A stretch of DNA of 63,877 bases, filler included, from Octopus bimaculoides (taxonomy: Eukaryota): assembly GCF_001194135.2 (NCBI RefSeq). It is 6 parts of 6 records of this genome, joined end to end, with 100 filler letters (N's around TTAATTAATTAA, not from the genome) between each part and the next. Parts side by side here need not be neighbours in the genome. Positions count along the whole stretch, not along the records: positions 27,244 to 43,140 come from NC_068986.1; positions 43,241 to 61,709 come from NC_068981.1; 4 more parts are not named here. One strand, given 5' to 3'. This document shows, piece by piece, positions 38,521 through 50,958 of this stretch (positions are counted from its first letter, which is position 1; each line of letters starts with the position of its first letter). The notes under the pieces are model-generated. The model was not told where the DNA came from and searched no databases. It saw only the letters and a program-made list of their open reading frames with translations. A program made the position numbers and the translations under genes.

Positions 38521-39722
38521 TGAAACATGCGCATACACATTCACACACACACACACACACACACACATGTACTTATGTATATGAGTGAATATGTACACAG
38601 CAAGAGCCACACAAAATCGTACACACTAAGACAGCATAATTTCACATTAAATACATGTCTTATGGATTAAATTCCTTACAAAGATGTATTCGCTTAAATA
38701 TTGTGAATAACACATAGATACAGAAGGAATCCGATAAAAAGAGGGTGAAAAAAAAATCAATACTTTCGACTAAGACGTTTTAGCTGATAACGGCATCGAT
38801 CGAACACCGAATGGATAACTAAGATTCGTTTATTGCTTATTTTTATCGATCTATTACCGCATTATATTCCTATATTGCTATCAAAAACACACATTTGAAT
38901 TTTAAAAACCCAAAGCTATGTACATACTATTCATGATGTTGATGGTAATGATGATGATGATGATAATGATAAAATTATAATATTAATACAAATAATAATT
39001 GTTAGAAATATAATTATAATAATATAAATTGTAAATAGAAAAACAAATATTAATGATAAATAATATCTTTTTTTTTATTAAAATAAATTTACTTCCCTAA
39101 AAATTTTCAGTACAATTATTAATGTCAAAAATTTTGTAATAATTGTTTATATAATAATTTCTGGAAATATTCCAAAACTTGTAAAAGACGGTTGCGTATG
39201 GGAGGATAAACAACAAGTAAATAGGACAATAAGAGAAGAAAATCAAACAACAAAACAAAGCACAACAGAAGCAACAACATCAACCAACAACAAAAACAAC
39301 AACACCACCACCAACAACAACAACAACAACAATAATAATAGTAAGGACTCGGAGGAGAAGGAGATGATGATAATCATAAAGAAGTAGACGTACAATAACA
39401 ACAACAATAATAAGGTGATAATAATGACGATGGTAGTGGTAGTTGTGGGGGAGGGGTAATGATGACGACTATGATGAATACATATCAAACATGAATGAAA
39501 AACATTCAATTAAATGTATTTTCAACTGAATAGATGCTAACAAAAAGTCGGCTCTTTATTTAAAAGATGNNNNNNNNNNNNNNNNNNNNNNNNNNNNNNN
39601 NNNNNNNNNNNNNNNNNNNNNNNNNNNNNNNNNNNNNNNNNNNNNNNNNNNNNNNNNNNNNNNNNNNNNNNNNNNNNNNNNNNNNNNNNNNNNNNNNNNN
39701 NNNNNNNNNNNNNNNNNNNNNN

Positions 39723-39753
<31 letters not shown>

Positions 39754-41404
39754 GATATACTTACATATGCATACATACACACACACACACACACATGTAT
39801 ATATATACTGGTATTGAAATAGAGTTGATATTGCAAATGTTTTTGTTTTGGTCGGCCATTTTGTTTTGTTTTGTTTTTTTTTTGCCTTGTTTTGCTTCGT
39901 TTGTTTTGCTATTTTTAACATATGGATATTTATATGTATTTATAATTTTTGTGTAGTATTTTTTGTCAAAAATTGTTTGTGCATTCGTCTTATTGTATTA
40001 TCTATATATATTTCTTTTTTAACAAAACGAAAAAAATAAGGCATTCTATTTATGAGTTACAATGCTTACAATATTAAAGAATTTTTTTATAGATTTACAT
40101 TTGTTTTCAAACGTTTTTTTTTTTTGTATGTGTATATTTTTAATTTTTTGCATTTTCTCTTTGTTTTTTTTTATGTTTTGCTTTATATAACGCCAGCATA
40201 TTTATCCGCAGGAGTATGCAAAAATACAAAAGAAGAAATATATACAATTTATTGAAAGACATATATATATAAGACAACAACTATAATGCAATCAAATCAA
40301 AATCGACCATATTGTATTCATTAACGTCGAAACTAACGGCCGATCCCCCTCCTAATATAGATAGGTGTGTGTTAGCGAATGTGTGTGCATGTGTGTGTAT
40401 ACATACACATGTGCAGAGAAAGAGAATGCGAAATGCGTATATATATATACACACACATATATATATATATATATNNNNNNNNNNNNNNNNNNNNNNNNNN
40501 NNNNNNNNNNNNNNNNNNNNNNNNNNNNNNNNNNNNNNNNNNNNNNNNNNNNNNNNNNNNNNNNNNNNNNNNNNNNNNNNNNNNNNNNNNNNNNNNNNNN
40601 NNNNNNNNNNNNNNNNNNNNNNNNNNNNNNNNNNNNNNNNNNNNNNNNNNNNNNNNNNNNATATATATATATATGCATATATATACATATATAAATATGT
40701 ATATATACATATATACATACATACGCACATATATATGCAGACGTGCACACACGTATATATATTTATATACTGACGCACACATAGAAAAGCCCATTTGCAG
40801 ACACATGCGTGGAATGCGAGATTTCAATAACATAACCTCTGCACATTATGTGCTAAAACAATCTCCACCTTCTCCCCCTTGCTTTTCTTGAGACCAGCTC
40901 GTATCTCTTTATTCCTTCTTCACCTCCCGCCCCCGCCCCCGAAACCCATGAATTACCTTTCTCCAGATCATAGTCAACATCACTGATTTCGTTGCAGTCG
41001 TCGGCATACTCCTCTCGGGTACCAATCGAATAATTTACCAAACCAGACTGCCGAATTGGCAGAAGTGTAGGAATCTAAGACCAGGTTGTTTGAGCCATTT
41101 ATTTGAAGTCCTTTCTTTCTGAGTTCGACTCGCCATCGCATAAATTGGATTTCGATTGATGTCCCAGTTCATTTTAACATCTGGCAGGCTCTTCATCTTC
41201 TGCAGAAACCTCCGTGTTCCAAGCATTATGTTTGGAACTTTAGTTTGAATATTTCTCTTTCATTAAATGCCATGGCGTCCATAAAGAGCTCTGTCCCCTC
41301 AAAACATACATGTTAAACGATTATCAAATCTAGGAAATAGTTGGCATGTTCTTAACCATCACACAGTCCGAATTTTTTTTCAAGCCCTAAAATTCCAAAG
41401 GTTT

Positions 41405-41680
41405 GTTGCTCGAATTTCATGACGCATATGTCACCGACATCGAAATATTGCTCCTGGACGGGACGCCAATCCACTGTAGGGTTTCAAGCCAGAATTTTTT
41501 TACGGGACGGGTAATTCGATACTAAGTCAGTACTAAACTGGTGCTTTATTCTATCGACCCCGAAGGGAAGAAAGGTAAAGTTGATCAAGTTGAGATTTGA
41601 CCTTAGAACATACGGAGCCGGTGAAATGCTGCTGAACTCTTTGTCCGACGTGCTAACGATTGTGCCAGTTTCTCCCACGT
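41405..41680 (-). mobile_element. Old SINE (family A-like head) with a CCCTACAGTGGATTGGCGTCCCGTCCAGG block
   Basis: 41500-41680 is a degenerate family A core on the minus strand. 41405-41490 resembles the conserved ..GATGGACTGGCGTCCCGTCCAGG central domain of invertebrate SINEs. Confidence 0.5.
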
Positions 41681-41957
41681 GCAATTGCCTATTACTATCA
41701 TCAAAATTATTACCCCGATGTCCTCTGCTACCATCAACAACACAATTGCCACTTTCGCAGATTCTGCAACACGATCACCATCACATCGCCGTTAAGATTA
41801 TTACCACATCACCAACACAATCATCACCATCATCACAAACACCGCCATCATCACCTACCATCGTGAACGTTTTTCTTTTTTTTTCTTCACATCATGTCGT
41901 AACGACCTCACAGTAACTTTATCGAGAAATATTACACATTGCCTGCTGTTATACGCC

Positions 41958-42030
<73 letters not shown>

Positions 42031-42637
42031 TTAATGTCGTTAATGTTATTGTTTTTGTTGCTGAAAATATGCTGTTTTAATGCAATTCTTTGTGTTATTT
42101 AATATTTAGTTGCCTCTCAATTGACTGTTTTTAAAAATTTATTTTGTGCTTTTTATCTCTAAAACTACTTTCTTGTTCCTCGTCTTCTTTTGCTTCTAAT
42201 TCTTCTTTTGCTTCTTCTTCTTCTTTTACTTCTTCTTCCTCTTATTCTTATTCTCTTTCTCCTTCTTTTTCTACTTCTTCCTCTTCTCCCCCTTATTCTT
42301 CTAATTTTCTACTTCTTTCTCTTCTTGCCCATTTTCTTCTTCTCCTTCTTCTTCCTCATCTTCTTCTTTCTCTATTTCTTTTTGTTCCTCTTCCTTTCTC
42401 CCCCGCCTCCTTCCTCTCCTTCCCCTCCTCCTCCTTTCTCTTCCTCTCCTCACTCTTCCTCTTCTGCTATTTCTACATTTCTCCTTCCACTGACGTTATG
42501 AAAAAAAAAAAAGAAAAAAGACACCTAATGTTAGTAACAGTACAATTTTCATTATTATTAATGTCATATTCTTGTATAACTATTATTATTGCTATTGTAG
42601 ATTATTATTATTATCATTATTATTATTATCATCATCA

Positions 42638-42696
<59 letters not shown>

Positions 42697-43047
42697 GTTA
42701 CTTTTTTCACGTCCGTCGTTACATATTCTTTACTCTTGATTTATTGCGTTATTCTATAACTGCCTTTCACAACCACGTTCTTCACTTAGCTTCTTTGTTT
42801 TGGCTGATACTTATGTCGTTGTTGTTGTTGTTGTTGCTGTTGCTATCATTGTCGTCGTCGTCGTCGTCGTCGTCGTTGTTGTTGTTATTGTTTCACTATT
42901 TGCTATTGTTCTTGTTGTTGTCTCTTTTGTTGATTCTCTCCAACAATATCTGCTTTACGTTGCTATTCATTGACCAACATCCATTACGGATCACTGCATT
43001 CTGCTACAAACTATAAACACAAACACACGTAACCGGACGCCATATAT

Positions 43048-43081
<34 letters not shown>

Positions 43082-43240
43082 ATATACACAAACACACACA
43101 CGTATACAAGCACCTACGTATACTCTCATACCAGCTATTCNNNNNNNNNNNNNNNNNNNNNNNNNNNNNNNNNNNNNNNNNNNNTTAATTAATTAANNNN
43201 NNNNNNNNNNNNNNNNNNNNNNNNNNNNNNNNNNNNNNNN

Positions 43241-43276
<36 letters not shown>

Positions 43277-44339
43277 GGGTGCAAGCTACTTACCACACAG
43301 CCACTCCTACATCTTTAAAATTACAGGATGGCCAACATAGAAAAGTGCCAAATTTTGACCTAGACCAAGTACAACATTGTTGACCGTATGCTGGACACAC
43401 CATAAGAAAATCTTTATATGTATTGCACATTCAACTTACAAAGAGCCAAAATAATTTTGAGCCTTGAATTACAAGTAATATATTGTTGTCCAATAAGTGA
43501 ATAATACTTCAATCGATTATACTTGAGCGCTACAGTATGTCGACAGCTTGCTTTATTAAGTCTGTTGGTTTTCAACCTTTTGTAGCTCAACATTTCTTTT
43601 CACCGACCGACGTTTACAAACGCTTCACCAACACCACTATCATCATCATCATTGTTATCATCATCACCACTACTACTGCCGCCACCCTCACAACTACACC
43701 CACGCTAAGTTGAATATTGCCGAACTTTGTTTTCTGATTATTCATTTCTATAGGTTAAAAACTTAAAAGAAAATATCAAAATGAACTATCTCTTATATAA
43801 TTGTTGAAAATCAATAATTGATCAATAACAAAAGTATATAAAAGAGTTGAAAATAAATGTTTGAATCAATAAAAATAAACTATATCATTTATAACTTTTG
43901 CTTTAATTTCAATAAATAACATTCTTTGAAAAAATTATATTTATTAATTTAGATCTAAAAGAAACAAACTGTGAACATTGGACCTTGGCGCATCGACAGT
44001 CATATTTCTGCTCTCAGACAATACAGTGTCATATTTTGATAACTGACAAAGATGTTTTCGGAAAATGTGTTTAAAATTTCTGTAGCTGGTTTTATTTCTT
44101 AGAAAATAAAGTCACGATCCCGTTAAATGATCACATACAGTTGCTTGTGAGACAAATACTTTTTAATTAATATACTTGTACTGTCTGGTGTTCGCAGAAC
44201 TTTTGTGAGATTTTGGTTTGATTACAGCGTGTTTGACAATATTTCCCAATCAGGGTTGCCAATATGGTAACATTTAGTAAAAGAATCTACATCCCTGTCT
44301 GATACCTTTCACTAGTTGACGTATACTTGGTCAACCACC

Positions 44340-44476
44340 GTCACTCTTTATAAAGTGATGTGAAAGTGAAGCACACACATGCCAAACACATGATTCTAAA
44401 CAGATACTGTCACTCTTTATACAGTGATGTCAAAGTCAAGCACACACATGTCAAACACATGATTCTAAACAGATAC
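44340..44476. repeat. 69-bp tandem duplication
   Basis: GTCACTCTTTATA(A/C)AGTGATGT..ACACATGATTCTAAACAGATAC starts at 44340 and 44409, with 4 mismatches. Confidence 0.95.
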
Positions 44477-44769
44477 ATACACACATGCATACATACATAC
44501 ATACATACATACATACATGATAATTCAACTTTGACATATAATAGACGGTAATCTCCATTATGCCTTTGTGATCTGCGAAGCTTCAAACAGATAAGATACA
44601 TAATTTCTACAGGGTTCATATAGCATACTTATAGTGTAGAAACCTTATACACTTCCATGTACCTTTTCAAATGAGATTTAATCCGACGGATTTTTGCACA
44701 TATTACACAGTGGTTGTTACCATAAAATGATGGCTAATAATGATTGGCTATCATGTTAGCTGCGTCTTA

Positions 44770-46480
44770 ATTTTGCATATTACTGTATGATTTCATGTGG
44801 CTTATGTAACCAGTTTTTAACAGTTGATGTAAACCACAAAGACTGCATTTCTAACTCTTAATTTCATCTGGTGTATCCACGTTACTTCCCTTTCTCAAAA
44901 CACGTTTTAGCTGTGCATGCTGCGTTCTTGGGTAACTCAAATCTAGCAAAACTTTGCTTCACCAGAAACCGCTACCCATCTTTAATGTTAATTTTCTCTT
45001 CCCACAATTGAACATCTATTTTCAATTTCACTAAGTTGCCATGGATACAGAACATGTGCTGTTTCTTTGGTTTATTTTGTAGTCGTTTTCCAACTAACTT
45101 TTAGCTCCCCATAAAATAACAGCTTGGGTAGTCTCACATCTGACATACTTACAAAGCGCCCTGCTCATCATGCTTGATTTTGAACTATGAGTAACTCAAT
45201 AGACACAGAACCAGCCACCTGAAGAATACCATTTCAGCCTGAGGCATAGCCAGATTTTAACTGACTTAGTGATAACAGAATTTCACCATATTCAGTTATG
45301 TTAACCATATGCGTCAAAATGTCTCTTCGTAGAAATCTATTAACTATTTACACGTTAAGCTCGGGAAGGTTGAAGAGCAGAACCGAAAAATTTTATTATG
45401 TCATGGAACATAAAAGACTGTTTCTCCACCATTTGATTGCAATATGACTCCAGACGACAGGTTCAAATGTTTGGTTAGAGATAACTTTAAAACCTTGAAA
45501 TCCTTTCAGTTGCAAGCATTATAATCATTCAATGAGATTTATTCTCTATGTATTTTTAATTCTTCTGAATGCTGCTTTCATTGACGTCTGAGTGCTTTCT
45601 TTGGACTTTTTATTTTTTGTATCGGGATCCACTAAATCCTTTGAAGTTGATTGATTCTTCCTCCTGCAGCTGACATATTTCTTTGCTGTTGTTGCCAAAA
45701 CAGCTTTGGTAGTTTTGCACTATTCATGCGTATTTTCTGACGAATCCAAAATTTTAGCTTATTCTGTACCAGTCTATGTGTTAGGTTATGGTCACACCTT
45801 ACGGTGCATAAAACGCGTAGTTTACAGACATCTTGCATATTGGACTTTCAAGTGAGGATAAAACTAATTGCAGATGTATCTATTATTTTATGCTGTAATT
45901 TTTGCCTGAAAAAGTGTTGCAAATATTTAAACAGTTCAGAGCAAAGTTAAAGTAAGTACAAACCATTTCTTTTCTAATGCCCAGTGGTATGACGGTTGAG
46001 TGAACTCCAAAATAAACATTAAAATCTCCCAGAACAATAAATTTTTCATGTGTACATGTAACAGTATCGGTATTTATGAGTGATTCACAGATAGATAAGA
46101 TTGTATCCTCGTTTACCTGAATAGTTTGTTCATACACATACAGAATAAAGATATAACGACAATAAGCTAAAGGAATTTTCAGGTTCAATATTCCATCGGT
46201 TATGCTGTATGGTAGCTCTATATCTACATATAGACTTATTTTTACAACAAATCTGATATCTCTATCTCTCCTAATACCACTTGCGTTCCCAATCTAAAAT
46301 ACTTTGAATCCAGACGATGCTTTTGTTAAATGGTTTTTCACAGAAAACTTGTTTTCTGAAAGTGCTGCTATATTTATGTTGAGGGGTTGCTATTCTTTAG
46401 CAAAAAATGCCATCGGACATTAAGGATGATCTGAACCAACCAAAAGATTTCTTTACATTGTAACAACCGATATATTTCTT
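44770..46480 (-). mobile_element. Old RTE-clade LINE: APE endonuclease plus C-terminal region, RT core apparently deleted
   Basis: Minus-strand motifs in order: YIGCYNV, LNINIAALSE, NLKIPLAYCRYIFILYVYEQT, KFIVLGDFNV, DVCKLRV..HRLVQNKL, then MSDVRLPKLLFYGELK (~45101-45148) and KCSLCG..GYISHMKSY (44785-44850). May extend to about 47200. Confidence 0.75.
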
Positions 46481-47323
46481 TTAATCTTTTATCTCACAAA
46501 TAAAGTTGTGCATTAAGTCTTTGTTCATTCCTACTTTTGATGAACTGACTATAATCGCAGTAAACTAACCAGCATAAATTGACAGGTAATTTTTAGTGCT
46601 CCTTTTCTAGCACTTTCCCAGACACAAAGGGATTAGGTGAATAATGCTCTCTTAAAGATGGCTGCTCAGAAACTACAAACTCCGCTGAAGCGATTCTTGT
46701 GCATGAAAATATGAAAACTACGTTAAGATAAGCTTCCCGTCGCCTTGAGTGTGTAAATTCATAACTGCACTTCCAGCTGGTTAAGCTAGCGTATGTCACC
46801 ACTTCTCCATCCCAATAGGACTTTAAAATAGAGACAAGATGAACTAAAGAGCATGAAACAGTTATACGTCTTCGATTGAAGCATCAAGCACTTTTACAAT
46901 ATGTATCCCATTCTAAGAATCATCATCAAGCGGATTTCAATAACAAGCATTGCAAAATGACTAGCAGCTGCATTAACTGCAGGTCTGTTTTCAGAATGCC
47001 TTTTCTTAGACTTTTTCTATCGAAGTATATCAGGCAATGTAAAGACTTTTGATACTTGAATATTCTTCATATCTAATATATTAAAGAAAACTATGAAAAA
47101 TTGCAGTTTTTCTAAAGTTTAGTACGTATATCTTTAACGTTAGTGACTCGCTTCTACTGAAGTAGCTTGTGTCTAAGGAAGCAGCCCCTTCTTTGCAGGA
47201 ACTTTCAGACTGTTAGAGAAAAAAAATGAGGTACGTAAATATACATTCAAATACACACGTTTACACACGTATATATAGATATATATGTGTATGTATATGT
47301 GTGTGCGTATGTGTTAGATTGGT

Positions 47324-47435
47324 AGATACATTTCTTTTATTAGCCACACAGGGCTCAACGAAGATGGGACAAATACAATGTAGAGCTTTTCTTTTTGGGA
47401 GGGGGAAAGAAAAAAAAAGGGGGGGGCGTCGATCA
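47324..47435 (-). mobile_element. 3' end of a dispersed retroelement-like repeat (copy 1, runs into a gap)
   Basis: Nearly identical to 53340-53450. The minus strand ends ..GCCCTGTGTGGCTAATAAAAGAAATGTATCT. Confidence 0.65.
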
Positions 47436-48200
47436 NNNNNNNNNNNNNNNNNNNNNNNNNNNNNNNNNNNNNNNNNNNNNNNNNNNNNNNNNNNNNNNNN
47501 NNNNNNNNNNNNNNNNNNNNNNNNNNNNNNNNNNNNNNNNNNNNNNNNNNNNNNNNNNNNNNNNNNNNNNNNNNNNNNNNNNNNNNNNNNNNNNNNNNNN
47601 NNNNNNNNNNNNNNNNNNNNNNNNNNNNNNNNNNNNNNNNNNNNNNNNNNNNNNNNNNNNNNNNNNNNNNNNNNNNNNNNNNNNNNNNNNNNNNNNNNNN
47701 NNNNNNNNNNNNNNNNNNNNNNNNNNNNNNNNNNNNNNNNNNNNNNNNNNNNNNNNNNNNNNNNNNNNNNNNNNNNNNNNNNNNNNNNNNNNNNNNNNNN
47801 NNNNNNNNNNNNNNNNNNNNNNNNNNNNNNNNNNNNNNNNNNNNNNNNNNNNNNNNNNNNNNNNNNNNNNNNNNNNNNNNNNNNNNNNNNNNNNNNNNNN
47901 NNNNNNNNNNNNNNNNNNNNNNNNNNNNNNNNNNNNNNNNNNNNNNNNNNNNNNNNNNNNNNNNNNNNNNNNNNNNNNNNNNNNNNNNNNNNNNNNNNNN
48001 NNNNNNNNNNNNNNNNNNNNNNNNNNNNNNNNNNNNNNNNNNNNNNNNNNNNNNNNNNNNNNNNNNNNNNNNNNNNNNNNNNNNNNNNNNNNNNNNNNNN
48101 NNNNNNNNNNNNNNNNNNNNNNNNNNNNNNNNNNNNNNNNNNNNNNNNNNNNNNNNNNNNNNNNNNNNNNNNNNNNNNNNNNNNNNNNNNNNNNNNNNNN

Positions 48201-48256
<56 letters not shown>

Positions 48257-49664
48257 TTTGTATGTACGTGCATATATTTATAGTTATAGGATTACATAAA
48301 TGTATAAATGCTTACATACAGACATAGTTGCATGCATACACGCACGTGCAGGTATACATACCCATTCTCACAAACGCACTCATACGCATGTAACTCTTTA
48401 TTGAAACACATAACTTTCATACGTCAGATGTGTCAATGTACCGAGTGCCATGTACAGGTTTGCTGTACCCACATCAAATGGCGTGTTTTTCGTAAACTGT
48501 GTTTTTCTTACCAAAACCCATCCACATCTTCATTACACAACTACCATGCCACAATATGATAAGAGAAGACGAGATTAGATAAGACTGTAAATGATAGTTC
48601 CTGAGAGCATCTCATGTTGATAGATGATCTACTGTTTGGAAATTAGAAACTCTGCTAGGGAATGCAGCTCTAAAATGTATTTAAAAGAGCAGAATAAATG
48701 TTTGTGTGTTTTCTCTTGTTTATTTCAGCTTTTCTCGAGTTTTTTTTTCCGTTGTTTCCTGATTTTTTTTTTCAGTTTTTCTCTGTATATTTTGTGTTTA
48801 TCTTTGTTTTGAGATGCTGTGATTATTTTGTCATTGAATTTATAAGTTTGGTGGTGTCTGTTTTTTTTTGTGTGTTGTTGTTGTATGCATACATATATAT
48901 GTGTATTTCTGTGTCTGTGTGTTTGTACGTGTGTAAGAGTGCGTGCATGTGGTGAAAAGTGTCTGGTTTTTAGTTTTGTAAACCCTTTTAAATAATATTC
49001 CAAAGTGTGAGGATTGTGGAAAGATTAACAGTTCTTGTAACAACGTATAGAAGTCGACCAAGTTTCTGAGTGGTCATTTGATCCAATAGAAATAACTGCT
49101 AAATGTAAAAAAAGAAAAAAAGAAATTGAAATTTAAAAAATCACACATTCGCCCTTCTTAAAAAAATAAAAGGTACTTTAGATAAGGAAGTTGAAGATAG
49201 ATCATGTCTGGAAATAAGGCTGGATGGTTCCAACTAGAACACTTTTGATTGTATGTCTATTCAATCTACTTAAGAACAAAACGTGTAAAAGAAGTTTGTG
49301 ACATTAGCAGGCACTTCTTCCTTGTAGTACGACAATAAATCGCTTTCCTGATCTTTATTAAACTGATTTATAACATAGCTTCACCATCACTTTTTTCTTT
49401 CTTTTTTTCTTTTTTGGTGGGGACTGTTTATTTTGTATTACTTAATAAATACGCATTCGTATTCGCATTCTTCCTTCAGACAAACCAATCTTAACTTAAA
49501 ACAAACTTAAGTGCTTCCAAATGTCATTTAACTGCAATGGTTCGATCTGTCCAGCTATTTAGAGGTATGTAGAGATAAGAGTTAGATGATTTGTTTGAAC
49601 CAGGGTTCAGATCATCCTTAACGTCCGATGGCATCAACTCCTTTATCTTTTTCATCATCTTTTT

Positions 49665-49808
49665 CTCCTCCTCCTCCTCCTCCTCCTCCTCCGCCTTCTT
49701 CTTCTTCTTCTTCTTCTTCTTCTTCTTCTTCTTCTTCTTCTTCTTCTTCTTCTTCTTCTTCTTCTTCTTCTTCTTCTTCTTCTTCTTCTTTCTCCTCCTC
49801 CTCCTTCT
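49665..49808. repeat. (TCC)n(TTC)n(TCC)n microsatellite
   Basis: Directly visible. It explains the poly-K/F/S ORFs. Confidence 0.95.
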
Positions 49809-49975
49809 CATTCTAGCCTGTCTACCTTCTCATCCTCTCATTCTTAAACATAATATTGTTAGAGTTATAGGTGATTGGGCTTGTTGAGTTCCTCTTAATG
49901 ATAAACCTTCAGCTTATTGCTGTTGCTGTTGCTGTTCAGGCTATTCTTATTATCACTATTATTGTTATAGCTGCA

Positions 49976-50033
<58 letters not shown>

Positions 50034-50097
50034 ATTATATCATCGTCATCATCATCATCATTATTATTCTTATTGTTATTATTATTATCATTATTAC

Positions 50098-50133
<36 letters not shown>

Positions 50134-50200
50134 TACTATTACTATTATTATTATTATCATTATTATTATTATTATTATTATTATTANNNNNNNNNNATTA

Positions 50201-50243
<43 letters not shown>

Positions 50244-50246
50244 TAC

Positions 50247-50303
<57 letters not shown>

Positions 50304-50905
50304 CATTAATAGCCTTATAACTTATACGCAATTTCCTATTTCCTATCAACAAAAGAGATTAAATTCAAGTTTCTTTTCTTTCCCGAAAGAAAACGTCCAC
50401 TTCTGTATTTTGATATTGTTTATGTGGGTGGATGTGCGTGCGTGCTTGCGTGTGTGTGTGTGTGTGTGTGTAACTGTGTGTGTGTGTGTAAATGTGTGTG
50501 TGTGTGTGTACCTGTAAACACCCACTCACGCACACATACACGTATGTACACATACACATCTATCTATCTATACATATATATACACACACACTCATATATA
50601 TATATATATACATGCACATATACATATATACATACATATATAGATATGTTACATATTTATATATTCATACATATATACATATAAGCATATATAGGATGTT
50701 ACTGTACAATATACTTTATATGTTTGTCTTATTCGTTATATATGTTTTTTAATTCCGATTTCTTCCCTGAAGGTTTTTGTACTTTTTGCCTTAATTTCTT
50801 GCTTCTCTCCATAAAAACACACATACGTCATACGTACAAACACGTATCTGGTTGTTTGAGTGTGTCTCTATGTAACTGTGTCTACGTAACATTAAAAATA
50901 TACGT

Positions 50906-50958
<53 letters not shown>

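Noticed and set aside
42144-43016. 290-aa Ser/Leu/Tyr-rich ORF
   Set aside because: It is made of TTC, TTA, TTG and TCG microsatellites and low-complexity sequence.
44250-44340. CAGGGTTGCCAA as a hAT/Tip100 TIR
   Set aside because: No convincing partner TIR and no 8-bp TSD.
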